NCBI RefSeq assembly: GCF_018977255.1
Contig: NW_024704743.1
Coordinates: forward strand, 80,664,001-80,728,000
Reading direction: 5' to 3'
From: Callorhinchus milii
Lineage: Eukaryota
DNA length: 64,000 bases
Part shown: positions 13,681 through 25,510 of the stretch, piece after piece
Numbering within the stretch: the stretch's first letter is position 1
Layout: the number at the start of each line of letters is the position of its first letter
The notes under the pieces: model-generated
Seen by the model: the letters and a program-made list of their open reading frames with translations, nothing else
What the model was told of the DNA's origin: nothing
Database searches by the model: none
Translations under genes and position numbers: made by a program

Positions 13681-15394
13681 TGCATTCAGGCTCTGAACAC
13701 AATGATGTCTGTACATGTGAGGCCAATGTGTATCTGACTTGATGAGCAGAATGGAATCTGGAAAACATTAGGAATTTCAAAAGCTGAGGCTGCATAATTT
13801 TCAACCCTCAAGTATCAGCATCCCCACTTGACTGTCACTTATAGTGTACCAGGAGCACAGAATAAACTAAGCATAAATATATTGAATAGATGATTTTATA
13901 GGAATGTAGTCAGGCAATTAGATGCAAGGTGTGTAAAATGTTGTCTATGTTCATTTTACCAATTTAGTTTTAAGATACATAGTGTAAGCATATAAATCAA
14001 GCTAATCTTACTATATGAACAGAATTATTACTGTAATATTAGTTTTGTTTTAACATCGCATTGAATGGGCTTAAATAATAGTCTGCCTATGGAGTGTGGA
14101 AATCTGTGGAGTTGTGTGTGGTCTAAGGCTAAAACTGAAAGTATTCTAACATTTTGAAGTGTGCAGAAATATAATGTTTCTCATTATACAAATATGGGTG
14201 TGTGCTTGTGCATATGTGAATGATTTTCAAGTAAAACAATTCTGTAGCCCAGTGAAAAGGGAGAGATCAGGACTTTTTAAATTTATAAATAAGAGTTGGA
14301 CCACAAGCCAAACAGCTGTGTCAAAAGCAATTCCTTATGCTACATCTCAGCAGTCATGTGCGTGTGGAGAAGCTATAAAACCTGTGAAATTTCAAACACA
14401 ATACAAGAACCAAAGGTCTTGTCGAATGTGCAAGGAGCAATAAATTAGTTTACATTAACAAGTTAGAAAATCAAAGAGAAGGATGCTTTCATTTAACGGA
14501 GCTAGAATTGGTCTGGTGCAAAAAATAGCAGAAGCCGGGAGGCACTTGCCTTAAATTTAGATAAAGTTTTCAACCCTTATTCCTCTCCATTTCTAACAAC
14601 AAACTTGCACTTTGATACACAACATCAAATTACTTCAAAGAGCTACATAGGCAATTGCTGTCTGCTAATGATTAAAAATACTTTATTCCTCATTAAGATA
14701 AACTAAGTAATAAACATGAAATGCAACTACTGACCTATGGAGTCAGTCATCTCTGCTTACTTCCTGTCTGTTGGAATCTGACCAGGATTGCCCTTTAGTT
14801 TCTCCTGCTGTCTTGGTCAGTACCTCAGCAGATTAATCATTTGTTTGCCCCTAACCGTTTGTGCGACCTTGCTGTATACATCATGGCTGTCTTGTTTTCC
14901 TACAATAAACTTGCTGGATTTTGGTTTGCAATCACAAAAAGATTTTCAAAATTCATTGAGATACTTTAGGGTTTCGTCCAGAACACAGGAAATTCAAATC
15001 ACAATCTCTTAAACTAAAGACTGAACAAACATCTGAAGTGATAAACCTTTTAATATCCATCATCTATTGATCTATTAACCTCTGAGCAATCTCTGAAATT
15101 TGGTACAAACATATTATTTTGATTCTCTTACACATTTCCAACATCAACAAATTATGGTGTGTATTAAAATCTGGAAAGCACACCAGTGATGGAACTGTAA
15201 TGCTGCCGTAAATCTGTACCGGCTGTGTCAGATGCGCTTTGTAAATGGATGCATTAATGACATCTAGTGACACCACCTGAGCACTGCACAAATTGCATCT
15301 TTCTATGGAATAAACTGTATATTACAGCAAAATATTCCTATCTTAGAGCAGAACTGTAATGAGGCACACTGTTTGCTATGGTTACTCTAGAGGA

Positions 15395-16790
15395 CCGCTC
15401 TACGGTCACTGCCCCTCCAACTTCCACCCAACCCCCACCCCCTCCCTCCCACACTCCGACTCCCACCCGTCCTCCCCTACACACCTTCGAACCCGTTTCT
15501 CCACCCTCTGTCACCAAACTCATCCTGTCCTTGAAACCCACCACCTGTTCCCTGGACCCCATCCCCACTCCACTCCTTATCTCCCAGCTCCACCTCCTTG
15601 CCCCACTTCTCACAGACACCATTAACCTGTCCCTCTCCTCTGGCTGTGTTCCCATTCCCCTCAAAACTGCCACCATCACTCCCATATTGAAAAAACCCTC
15701 CCTTGAAGCATCGCAGCTATCAGCTACCGGCCCATCTCCAACCTCCCCTTCCCGTTCAAGGTTCTCGAAAGAGTCGTCGCCTCCCAGCTGCGCTCTTTCC
15801 TCTCTACCCACTCACTTTCGGAACCTCCTCCAGTCGGGTTTCCGTGCTGCCCATAGCACAGAAACTGCCCTGGTCAAGGTCACTAATGACATCTTGACCA
15901 TCTGCGACCAGGGCTCCCTCTGCCTCCTCGTCCTCCTCGACCTATCGGCCGCATTCAATACGGTCGACCACTCTATCCTCCTCCACCGCTTATCCTCCCA
16001 CCTCAACCTTCAAGGCCCTGTCCTTGAGTCGTTTAGGTCCTACCTCTCCCACCGTCTTCATTTTGTCTCTGCAAACGGCTTTTCCTCCAGCCCCCGCACT
16101 GTCTCGTGCGGTGTCCCTCAGGGCTCTGTCCTCGGTCCCCTCCTCTTCACCCTCTATATGTTCCCTCTTGGTGACATATCCGCAGACATGGGGTTAACTT
16201 CCACATGTATGTGGATGACACCCAACTCTACCTTTCCTCCTCTACCCTCAACTCCACGACCACCGATGTCCTGACAGTCTGCCTGTCTGACATCGAGTCC
16301 TGGACGAGAGACAATTTTGGACGAGAGACAATTTTCTTCAGCTCAACGTGCGCAAAACTGAGGCCCTCCTGATTGGCTCACGTCAGCGCCTCCGCACCTC
16401 AGGCGCTGACAGCATCAGCATCCAAGGCTGCACTCTCCAACTCTCAAAGCCAGTCAGGAACCTCGGGGTTCTGTTCGACCCTGAGCTGTCCTTTCTTCCC
16501 CACGTCCGCGCCACAACTGGCACCGCCTTCCATCACCTCCGAAACATCGCCAGACTACGGCACTACCTCACCCCTCACGCTGCTGAAACCCTGGTCCACG
16601 CCTTTGTCACCTCAAGGCTGGACTATGGGAACTCTCTCCTCGCCGGCCTTCCCGCCACCTCCCTCCACAAGCTGCAGGTCATTCAGAACTCTGCAGCTCG
16701 TGTACTGTCCCGCACCAGGCTTCGGGACCACATCACTCCCACCCTCGCTCGCCTCCACTGGCTCCCCATCCCCCAGAGGATCGAATTCAA
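15395..16790 (+). mobile_element. L2 LINE RT fragment, same subfamily as the 17.2-20.7 kb copy, truncated at both ends
   Basis: ORFs 15378-16274 and 16348-16866 are nearly identical in translation to the minus-strand copy. Confidence 0.92.
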
Positions 16791-17212
16791 GTTTGCAGAG
16801 TTTTGTATGAGCTGGATCTTGAGCTTGTGGAAGGTGGAGCTAGAGAAACCAGCGGGGAGAGCTTAGGAGAAATTTAGAAAAGGTACGGAAGCATGGATGA
16901 GGGATTCAGCTGTGTTGAGGTGAGATAGGGTCATAGTTGGGAAATTCTCCTGAGATGGAACACAAAGGTTGTGTGTTGGTTTAGTCAGCAGCAGTAAGCA
17001 AACTGGGGAAATTGCTGGACTTGGAGGCAGAGGTAACATTATATTGACAAACGCCAAAGATGTTGCTGAAAAGCTCACTCAAATACACTCACTGTATGGA
17101 TTTTCCCCAGCTATTTTGGCAGAATAGCTAGAAAGTGACAAACATCATAATTTTAGCTCCAGTGGATAAACCCAGCAAGACAAATAGGATTCCAGAAATT
17201 ATAAAGCCATTA

Positions 17213-20200
17213 CAACAACAACAACAACAAGATTCCATTTATTGAGCGCCTTTCATGTCGGGAGGACATCCCAAGGCGCTGTACAGTTGAGTCAGGACCC
17301 GAGCAGGGGGGAAATGGTCAGGGTGAGGGGAGGGAAGGGAGGTAGCGAGGGGGGGGTAGAGATTCGAGAGGGGAGCTGAAGGCTCGGTCAAAGAGAAAGG
17401 TCTTGAGACCGGCCTTGAAGGAGGAAAGGGAGGAGGCGGCGAAGGCACTGGGGGATAGAGTTCCAGAGCCTCGGGGCTGAGAGGCTGAAGGCCCGGCCAC
17501 CGATGGTAGGGCGGTTGGGGCGGGGGATGTGGAGCAGACCGGAGCCAGAGGAACGGAGGGTACGGGCAGGTAGGTAGGGGGATAGTAGGTCGGAGAGGTT
17601 GGAGGGAGCAAGGCCGTGAATGGCCTTGTAGGTGAGGATGAGGATCTTTAATTTGATCCTCTGGGGGATGGGGAGCCAGTGGAGGCGAGCGAGGGTGGGA
17701 GTGATGTGGTCGCGAAGCCTGGTGCGGGACAGTACACGAGCTGCAGAGTTCTGAATGACCTGCAGCTTGTGGAGGGAGGTGCCGGGAAGGCCGGCGAGGA
17801 GAGAGTTCCCATAGTCCAGCCTTGAGGTGATAAAGGCGTGGACCAGAGTTTCAGCAGCGTGAGGGGTGAGGTAGTGCCGTAGTCTGGCGATGTTCCGGAG
17901 GTGATGGAAGGCGGTGCCAGTTGTGGTGCGGATATGAGGGAGAAAGGACAGCTCAGGGTCGAACAGAACCCGAGGTTCCTGACTGGCTTTGAGAGGTGGA
18001 GAGTGCAGCCTTGGATGCTGATGCTGTCAGCGCCTGAGGTGCGGAGGCGCTGACGTGAGCCAATCAGGAGGGCCTCAGTTTTGCGCACGTTGAGCTGGAG
18101 AAAGTTATCTCTCGTCCAGGACTCGATGTCGGACAGGCAGACTGTCAGGTGTTCGTGGAGTTGAGGGTAGAGGAGGAAAGGTAGAGTTGGGTGTCATCCG
18201 CATACATGTGGAAGTTAACCCCATGTCTGCGGATGATGTCACCAAGAGGGAGCATATAGAGGGTGAAGAGGAGGGGACCGAGGACAGAGCCCTGAGGGAC
18301 ACCGCACGAGACAGTGCGGGGGCTGGAGGAAAAGCCGTTTGGAGACAAAGTGAAGACGGTGGGAGAGGTACGACCTAAACCACTCAAGGACAGGGCCTTG
18401 AAGGTTGAGGTGGGAGGACAAGCGGTGGAGGAGGATAGCGTGGTCGACCGTATCGAATGCTGCCGATAGGTCGAGGAGGACGAGGAGGCAGAGGGAGCCC
18501 TGGTCACAGATGGTCAGGATGTCATTGGTGACCTTGACCAGGGCAGTTTCTGTGCTATGGGCAGCACGGAAACCCGACTGAAGGGGTTCGAATAATGAAT
18601 GGTTGGAGAGGAAAGAGCGCAGCTGGGAGGCGACAACTCGTTCCAGGACCTTGGACAGGAAGGGGAGGTTGGAGATGGGCCGGTAGCTTGATAGCTGCGA
18701 CGCATCAAGGGAGGGTTTTTTCAAGGTGGGAGTGATGGTGGCAGTTTTTAAGGGAATGGGAACAGAGCCAGAGGAGAGGGACAGGTTGACGATGTCTGTG
18801 ATATGTGGGGCAAGGAGGTGGAGCTGGGAGATAAGGAGTGGAGTGGGGATGGGGTCAAGGGAGCAGGTGGTGGGTTTCAGGGATAGGATGAGTTTGGTGA
18901 CAGAGGGTGGGGAAACGGGTACGAAAGTGTGTAGGGGAGGATGGGTAGGAGTCGGAGTGTGGGAGGGAAGGGGTGGGGTGTGGGTGGATGTTGGAGGGGA
19001 AGTGACCGCGGAGCGAATTCCCTTGATTTTGGATTCAAGGAAATCCAGCATCTCCTCGCAGTGAAGGTTGGAGGAGATGACCTGCGCGGGGTGGCGGGGG
19101 GGACGGAGGAGTTGGGATGTGGTAGAGAACAGTAGCCTGGGGTTGTCCTTCGCCTCCAGGATTATCCTGGAGTAGAAGGACGATTTGGCCGAGGCTAGAG
19201 TGGAGCGGTAGATTTTGAGGAGGTCCAGCCAGATTTGTCGGTGGACCATTAGGCCAGATTTGACCCAGGTGCGTTCAGCGGTAGAAGATGGTGGTGGGTC
19301 TGGTGGAGGTGGGGAGGGGGGTGAAGGTGGTGAAGGAGATGAAGTGGTGGTCGGAGACGGCCTTGTCGGTGATAGTGACATCCGAGACACTGAGGCCCCG
19401 GGTGATCACCAAGTCGAGTGGGTGGCCGTGACTGTGAGTGGGGGAGTTGATGTGGAGGGAGAAGTTGAGCGAGGAGAGCAGGGAAGAGAAATCTGAGGAG
19501 ATTGAGCAGGAGGGGGTGAAGTGCAGGTTAAAGTCGCCCAGGATGATGAGGCGATCAGAGCAGAGGCAGAGAGATGTGAGAAGTGTTGAAATATCAGAGA
19601 TAAAGGTGGGAGAGGTTTTAGGGGGCCGGTAGAGGAGGAGGATTTTAAGTGAGAGGAAGGAGGGGTGGGAGAGGGTGAGGTGCTCAAAAGAGGGGAAAGA
19701 GCCAGAGGAGTAGGGGGATAGGGCAAGTGGTGTCCTTGAGATAAGGGCAACACCACCGCCACGGCGGTTGGGGCGAGGGATGTGGTGGGAGGTGTAGCCG
19801 GGTGGTGTGGCCTCCGTGAGGGGGAAGGTGTCGCCTGGGGTGAGCCAGGTTTCCGTTAAGGCCATGATACAACGTCTCATCAAGGATGAGATCGTTGATG
19901 ACCAGGGCCTTGTTACAGAGGGAGCGACGTTTTGTAGTCCGATGTGGAGGGAGCGGTTGACAGAAGGGTGTGTGGGAGGGGAGGGGGGGTCCAGGTTGTG
20001 AAGCAGGGGTGGGGGAAATGGGGATGAAGGAGGAGAGGTTGACTCCCCGGGTCTGTGTCCGGGGTGGCTGGCGAGTGTAGTGGGGAATGGGGCAGTCGGT
20101 GTGGCAGTTGCTGGACAGCCAACGCCGAGTGCCACGGTGAGCCCGGCGGAGGATTCCCAGCCTGGAGCAAAGGGAGGTTGTGGTAGTGTCAAGTGGGGAT

Positions 20201-20670
20201 AGAAGGCGAGAGAAACGGAGAGAGAGGAGGAGAGAGCGGGATAGATGCAGAACGGGGAGAGTTTGGGGGTAGAGAGGAGGGAGGAGGGAGGGAGGTGTTG
20301 AGGGGCCTCGGGTCATATCGGCAGCCATATTGCGCACGCGGGGACCGGGAGCGAGCGGTCAAGTGGATGGAAACATTATCCCATAGGCTGGGGCAGCCAA
20401 ACTAACAGCACCATGGTGGGCTCTGATGTGAGCCCTGGGGGGGGGGGGGGGGGCGCAGAGGCTTTATTTATTTATTTATTTTTTGTTGTGCGCGCACACT
20501 TCTGAAAACTACAACTACGACGCCAACGGTTCCCCCGCTCCGCCCCCACCCATTCCCTCCTCAGCCCCACACCCCGCCCCCGTCTGGCTGCACTCCCTGC
20601 CGCGTCGAGCTTAAATACCTGAGAGGTAGGCCCAGGCTCCTCCCCGCGCTGTCCTGGCGCCGCTCCCTGT
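17213..20670 (-). mobile_element. Near full-length L2 LINE with a single endonuclease-RT ORF (frameshifted, internally deleted)
   Basis: ATG at 20328. APE endonuclease motifs (ALTETWL, YRPP, ILGDFNLH, LDLVIT, SDHH) and RT motifs ([32 protein letters not shown]). 3' stem-loop and (TTG)n tail at 17213-17280, GC-rich 5' region, possible TSD CCATTA (17207-17212 and 20671-20676). Confidence 0.92.
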
Positions 20671-23600
20671 CCATTAATTATGGCATTGAATGGCTCCCAA
20701 AGTAAATGATATGGAAAGGCCCTTCTATGCTCAAAAATAACTATTAATATTATTTTATTGATTATATCTCTCACACCCTTATACAACAGCTGTCCCATTA
20801 AAGAGAGGGCACACTGAATATTTTGACAACTTTTGATTTTGCTGTAGTTGAAACTCGTACTTTTCCTACCTGAAAAAAATCCCCCACACATAAAGCCTCT
20901 TAACATAATTTTGCACTCAAAGTAATACCAAAGTTATCACTTCAAAGTGATAACCGAGAGGTTATAACAACTCAATAACTTCAGAGGAAGAAGGGAAAAA
21001 TTGTAGACAATTATACAAAGAACATAAATGTGGCCGGGTTAGTTGTACTTTGAAATAGTAAACCAAAACCTGGTTCATACTGAGAAAATGAAATGACAAT
21101 GTAAATCCAAACATTTCATCATCATTCACCAGTGGGCCAACTGAATCATGATTTATAAAGAATTTCACAATTTGTGTTTTTCTGAGAAAGGCTCACAGCA
21201 ATGTTATATTGACCTAGAAAAGTAAATGTTCAATAACCTGGAAAATTAATTTTAAATAAAAATTCCACCATTAGAAGTTTGATTTGTTTCAAAGGGGCTA
21301 TAGGCTTCAATTAAAATCACTAATTGTTACAAGATATCCAAACCTTGCTTAAATATTTCTTTTAAAAGTATTTGAAGCATTTCTTGTTTAAAAATAACTT
21401 TTGACCTGACTTATCTGTAATAATGCCAAGACTACCATTTGAAATGGAGAATTCAAACAACGGAACTGTTCCATCATGTGAAGCAACATTAGAACATGTT
21501 TCTTATTTTATAATTCCTGTGTGAGATAGATCAAAACCCTTGGAACAAAAGGAACGCTATTGCCTGTTGCTCAGCATCATTTCATCAGATCCTAAAACCA
21601 AGTCAGAGAAATTCACAACTAGGGGAACCCTAGATGCAACATAACAATGACAATAATTTGCATTTATATAACTACTTTCACAGAAGAGAGCATCTTGAAA
21701 CATTTTATGGAGACAGTACCAGCTTCCAAGCAGGGCGGGGATAAAACAAAGAGGTATGTTTTAGGAGGCTTTTAAAGACAGTCCAGCACTTGATGTCTGA
21801 CAGGCGATCAGTCGAACATGGACTTGATGATCTGTCACACAGCATGTAGATCACAAGGAGAAAGCCGAGGACAGAGCCCTAAGGTGTACTGCAGGTGATA
21901 TTATGGGGGATGAAGGAGGAGAAATTGGTGGTTTCAAAGTGGAGGTCATGGGGCAGGTAGGATTTGAACCAGGAAGGCATGGACCTACACAGGTGGAAAA
22001 GAGAGGAGAGGCCATCAAGGAGGATGGAGTCGTCAACAGAAGACTGAGAATGAGGTGGCACAAGGAAGCCGAGTCACAGACTCAAAATACTGTCTTGGTC
22101 TCACGTCCCAAATCACAAAATTTAGTAAATTATGCAGTACAATTTTAATAACTACTAATCTAATAAATACAGTAATTTGACTTCAGCTTAAAGTAATGCC
22201 GTAAATCAGTAGATGGCAATGCTGTTTAATAAGATACATTTACCGTTAGCCCAAAATTTTTTAAAATTTGTGGGTACAGCTCAGGTGGTTTTTTAACTGT
22301 TATTCCATTCGTGGATGGGGGGACTTTTGTGAACTCCTTAAATTAATTTTGGGGATCAGCTTCAATACCTATTATATAAAGTACATTAGAGAGCTGATTA
22401 TCTATACTGATTGAAACCTGGCCCCATTGCAGAGAAGCAAACAGTGTGGATAATTGAACACAGGAGTACAAATTGAATTCAATGCTACAGGAGTACAAAT
22501 TGAATTCAATTCAATGCTAAAAATGATTTCATTGGGAGTTGTACTATTACTCTGAGCATATCACTGTGCGAGCCCTCCTTTTTCTGCCACCTTTTTTTTC
22601 ACTGTCCCCAGAAACACACAGAAAGAATAAGGAGATGGAGAGAAAAAGATAAAGTGAGAGTCTTCCTAACTTTCTCTCATTTTCCATCTCTAATCCTGAA
22701 CTAAAAATTCAAGATTTTAAAAAAATCAAACATTAAAAAATCATTATCAAATGCAAAGTTGTGCATTTGATTTTTGTATTTATTGGACTCATGCAATATT
22801 GAGGCTGAGCTGGCAATCTCACACCATGCACATAACCGTTTTTTGTTGCCAGTATCTAGGACTTAAGACACCATTGATAACTAATCCAGTATCCCTACAA
22901 TTGCTCACAACTTTATTTTTGCCAGTATCTCATCAACCCCCGGCCAACTTACAAATAGGAGGCCTGTGCAATTAAAGGGACACTGGTGTAAAGATGAACC
23001 CTGCTCTACTGCAATTAAATCTAAACTCTTTGTACACTTCCCTCTTCTGAGCTTGAGCCTGTTCCACTTTTTTGTAAAGTTTTTGATATGTCAAACATAT
23101 TATTTAGGTGCAATTTATTTTTGGATTCAGTTTGTCGACCCCTAAGCATGAAAATTTCAATAGAATCTCCCCTGGGAACTCATTCTTCCAGTGTATACAT
23201 TCCAAGTTTCCATAGCGTCAAATTAGTTTTTTGAGGTAAGAAATCGTACTTGCTTTGTTGATTGCACAAATGATATCAGCAAAATAAGGGGCACAATAGT
23301 TTTGCGCCATCTATTGCTCAGTTACCACAACTCCTTAGATTTCCTTCTATTCTTACTTTCTCTCAGCACTCAAGCAAGAAAGAAATGCAAGACAGTCAAT
23401 CATTATTATTGCCCAAACTAATTGATTGATTTTCATGGGTAGAGGCCAGGACCAGCAGAGCTTCTGGTGGTTAAGAGTTTAGAAAACGAGGCTTAATAAA
23501 TGGCAATCTTACAGCATAGAATATTATTATACCTGTAAAAGAGTCAAAATAATACTTGTATTTGATATAACATTGATATACAACCTTTATCTATAACATT

Positions 23601-24134
23601 GATAACATCTCAAAACATTTCACAAATTATTGTATAGTGAATATGTATTTGTAAGTGAATGCAGCAACCAATAGATGCACCACAACGTCCCACAAACAGC
23701 CAATGTTTCATTGTTTGTGGGATACTGCTGTTCACAAATTGGATCCTGTGTTTGCCTACAAAATACACAGTCACTACACTTTACAATAAATCCTGTAATG
23801 CACTTTGACACGATCTTCCAATGAGAAAGGCACTATATCAAATCAAACGATTAATATTATAAATGAATGACCAATTTTTATCTGGAGGATTGTTGGCCAG
23901 GACACTGTGAGAAACTCCCCTTTAGAAACATAGAAATCAAAACTACAGTCCAGAAGGAGACCATTTCGCTCAACTCCTTTTGAAGATACACTTCCTGTAT
24001 CGTTTCTTTTTATATGTAATGAATTTAACAATAGCACGTACCTCTTTTAAACTATTATACATGATTATACTAGTTTCATGTAATTTTAAACATCAAACTA
24101 AGATAAAAGGGTTTTAAACAACACAAGCACTTAC

Positions 24135-24288
24135 CTTGCCTTTTTAGCGCATCCAGCTGCTGTTTAAAGTCTATATATGTGTCATTTGTGAGTAGATCCG
24201 CTTTTCTGTTTCCATTTTTCAGGTCACTAAACCTTTTATCTACTAATGCTTTCAAATCAGGCATTCGCTCTGGTCGCTCTTGTTGTAT
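24135..24288 (-). CDS. NSMCE2: NSMCE2 third coding exon (IQQERPERMPDLKALVDKRFSDLKNGNRKADLLTNDTYIDFKQQLDALKRQ)
   Basis: 154-nt exon with acceptor cttctag| and donor AAG|gtaagt, phase 0 start. Strong match to human VKEERPEKIPDLKLLVEKKFLALQSKNSDADFQNNEKFVQFKQQLKELKKQ. The SP-RING exons are not in the window. Confidence 0.93.
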
Positions 24289-25029
24289 CTAGAAGATACA
24301 TTCAACATTGAACACATCACTATCTATTTAAAGAAGTCACATGAACCTCTCAAATCATTTTTTACTCATAATCTTCAAAACATGTTCAAACATTTACCCA
24401 TAACACCCTGTTAAATAATAATACATAAACAGTATTCATGCAATGAATACTCAATAAGTTTTAACAATAAATTGTGCCCCTTGAACATCAATATTTTTGT
24501 GTGAAAGAAAGCACCTCCTCCTCTTGAACTCTTCTACAAAATAAAGGAATACTTTATCATCTAATCAAAAACTGTATCAAAGATGAGTAAGAATTTGGAA
24601 GCATAAATTACAGAAAAAACAGTCAATCCACTTTACAGTATATCCTGCAAAGTGGTTTTAGACATCTCAACGATGTGATGAGCAGGGCCAATACATTTGA
24701 CAAAAGTTGTGGGGAAATTTGGCAAATTTTGTGGAGTTGATTGGTGTTATTGACAGGTACATTTTACCACTAATCTACATTTTTCCACCAATCTACATTT
24801 TTCAATTTACTGATAAAAACTAAAAATGAAGAAATATACAAGCAGGGGGAAAGCTTGCCAGGCAGCAATATCAATGGCAAGCGATGCAGTTTTAGCTGGT
24901 TAGACTCCTGCAGTTATTACCCCAACACACACTCTGGGGTCCCCAAGCCTTGGCTCTGGCCAAACCCTCGACTAAAACTTCTCGGTATTAGGTAAACAGG
25001 ATGCGTCCCTCCAGGGAGAGAGTGGAAAG

Positions 25030-25510
25030 GAGTCCTGTAGCTCAGTAGTTAAGAACACTCCCCTTGCAAGCGACAGTCTGGGTTCGATTCCCAGCACGGT
25101 GAAATGTTGGGCAACAACAACAACTTGCACTTATATAGCGCCCTCCACACAGGGCTGCATCCCAGAGCGCTTAACAATGGCGGAGCCTGACTCCGAGCTG
25201 GGGGAAGGTGACCATAAGCACGGTCAAAAAGGAAGGTTTTAAGTCAAAATTTGAAAAAGGGGAGAGAGGGGGCAAGGCGGAGGGATTGAGAGAGTTTGCC
25301 ATAGAGGTAGGGGGAGAGGAAGGGGGATGGTAACGTAAGCACGAAAAAAAAGGAAGGTCTTTAGGTGGGATTTGAAGGTGGGGAAAGAGGAGACAAGGTA
25401 GGGGGATTGAGGAAGAGAGTTTCAACGATTCGGGGCCTCGTGGCTGAAGGCACGTTCACCAATGGTGGAGCAGTGGGGATGAAGGTCAAATAGGAGGCTG
25501 GAGCCAGGCG
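25030..25510. mobile_element. Isolated SINE tRNA head (+, 25030-25112) abutting an old L2 3' end (-)
   Basis: GAGTCCTGTAGCTCAGTAGTTAAG...GGTTCGATTCCC followed by (CAA)n and a reverse L2 tail. Confidence 0.7.

Noticed and set aside
15378..20337. RT and endonuclease ORFs as a novel retron-like or domesticated gene
   Set aside because: Ordinary frameshifted L2 ORF2 with the family 3' tail and many related fragments in the window.
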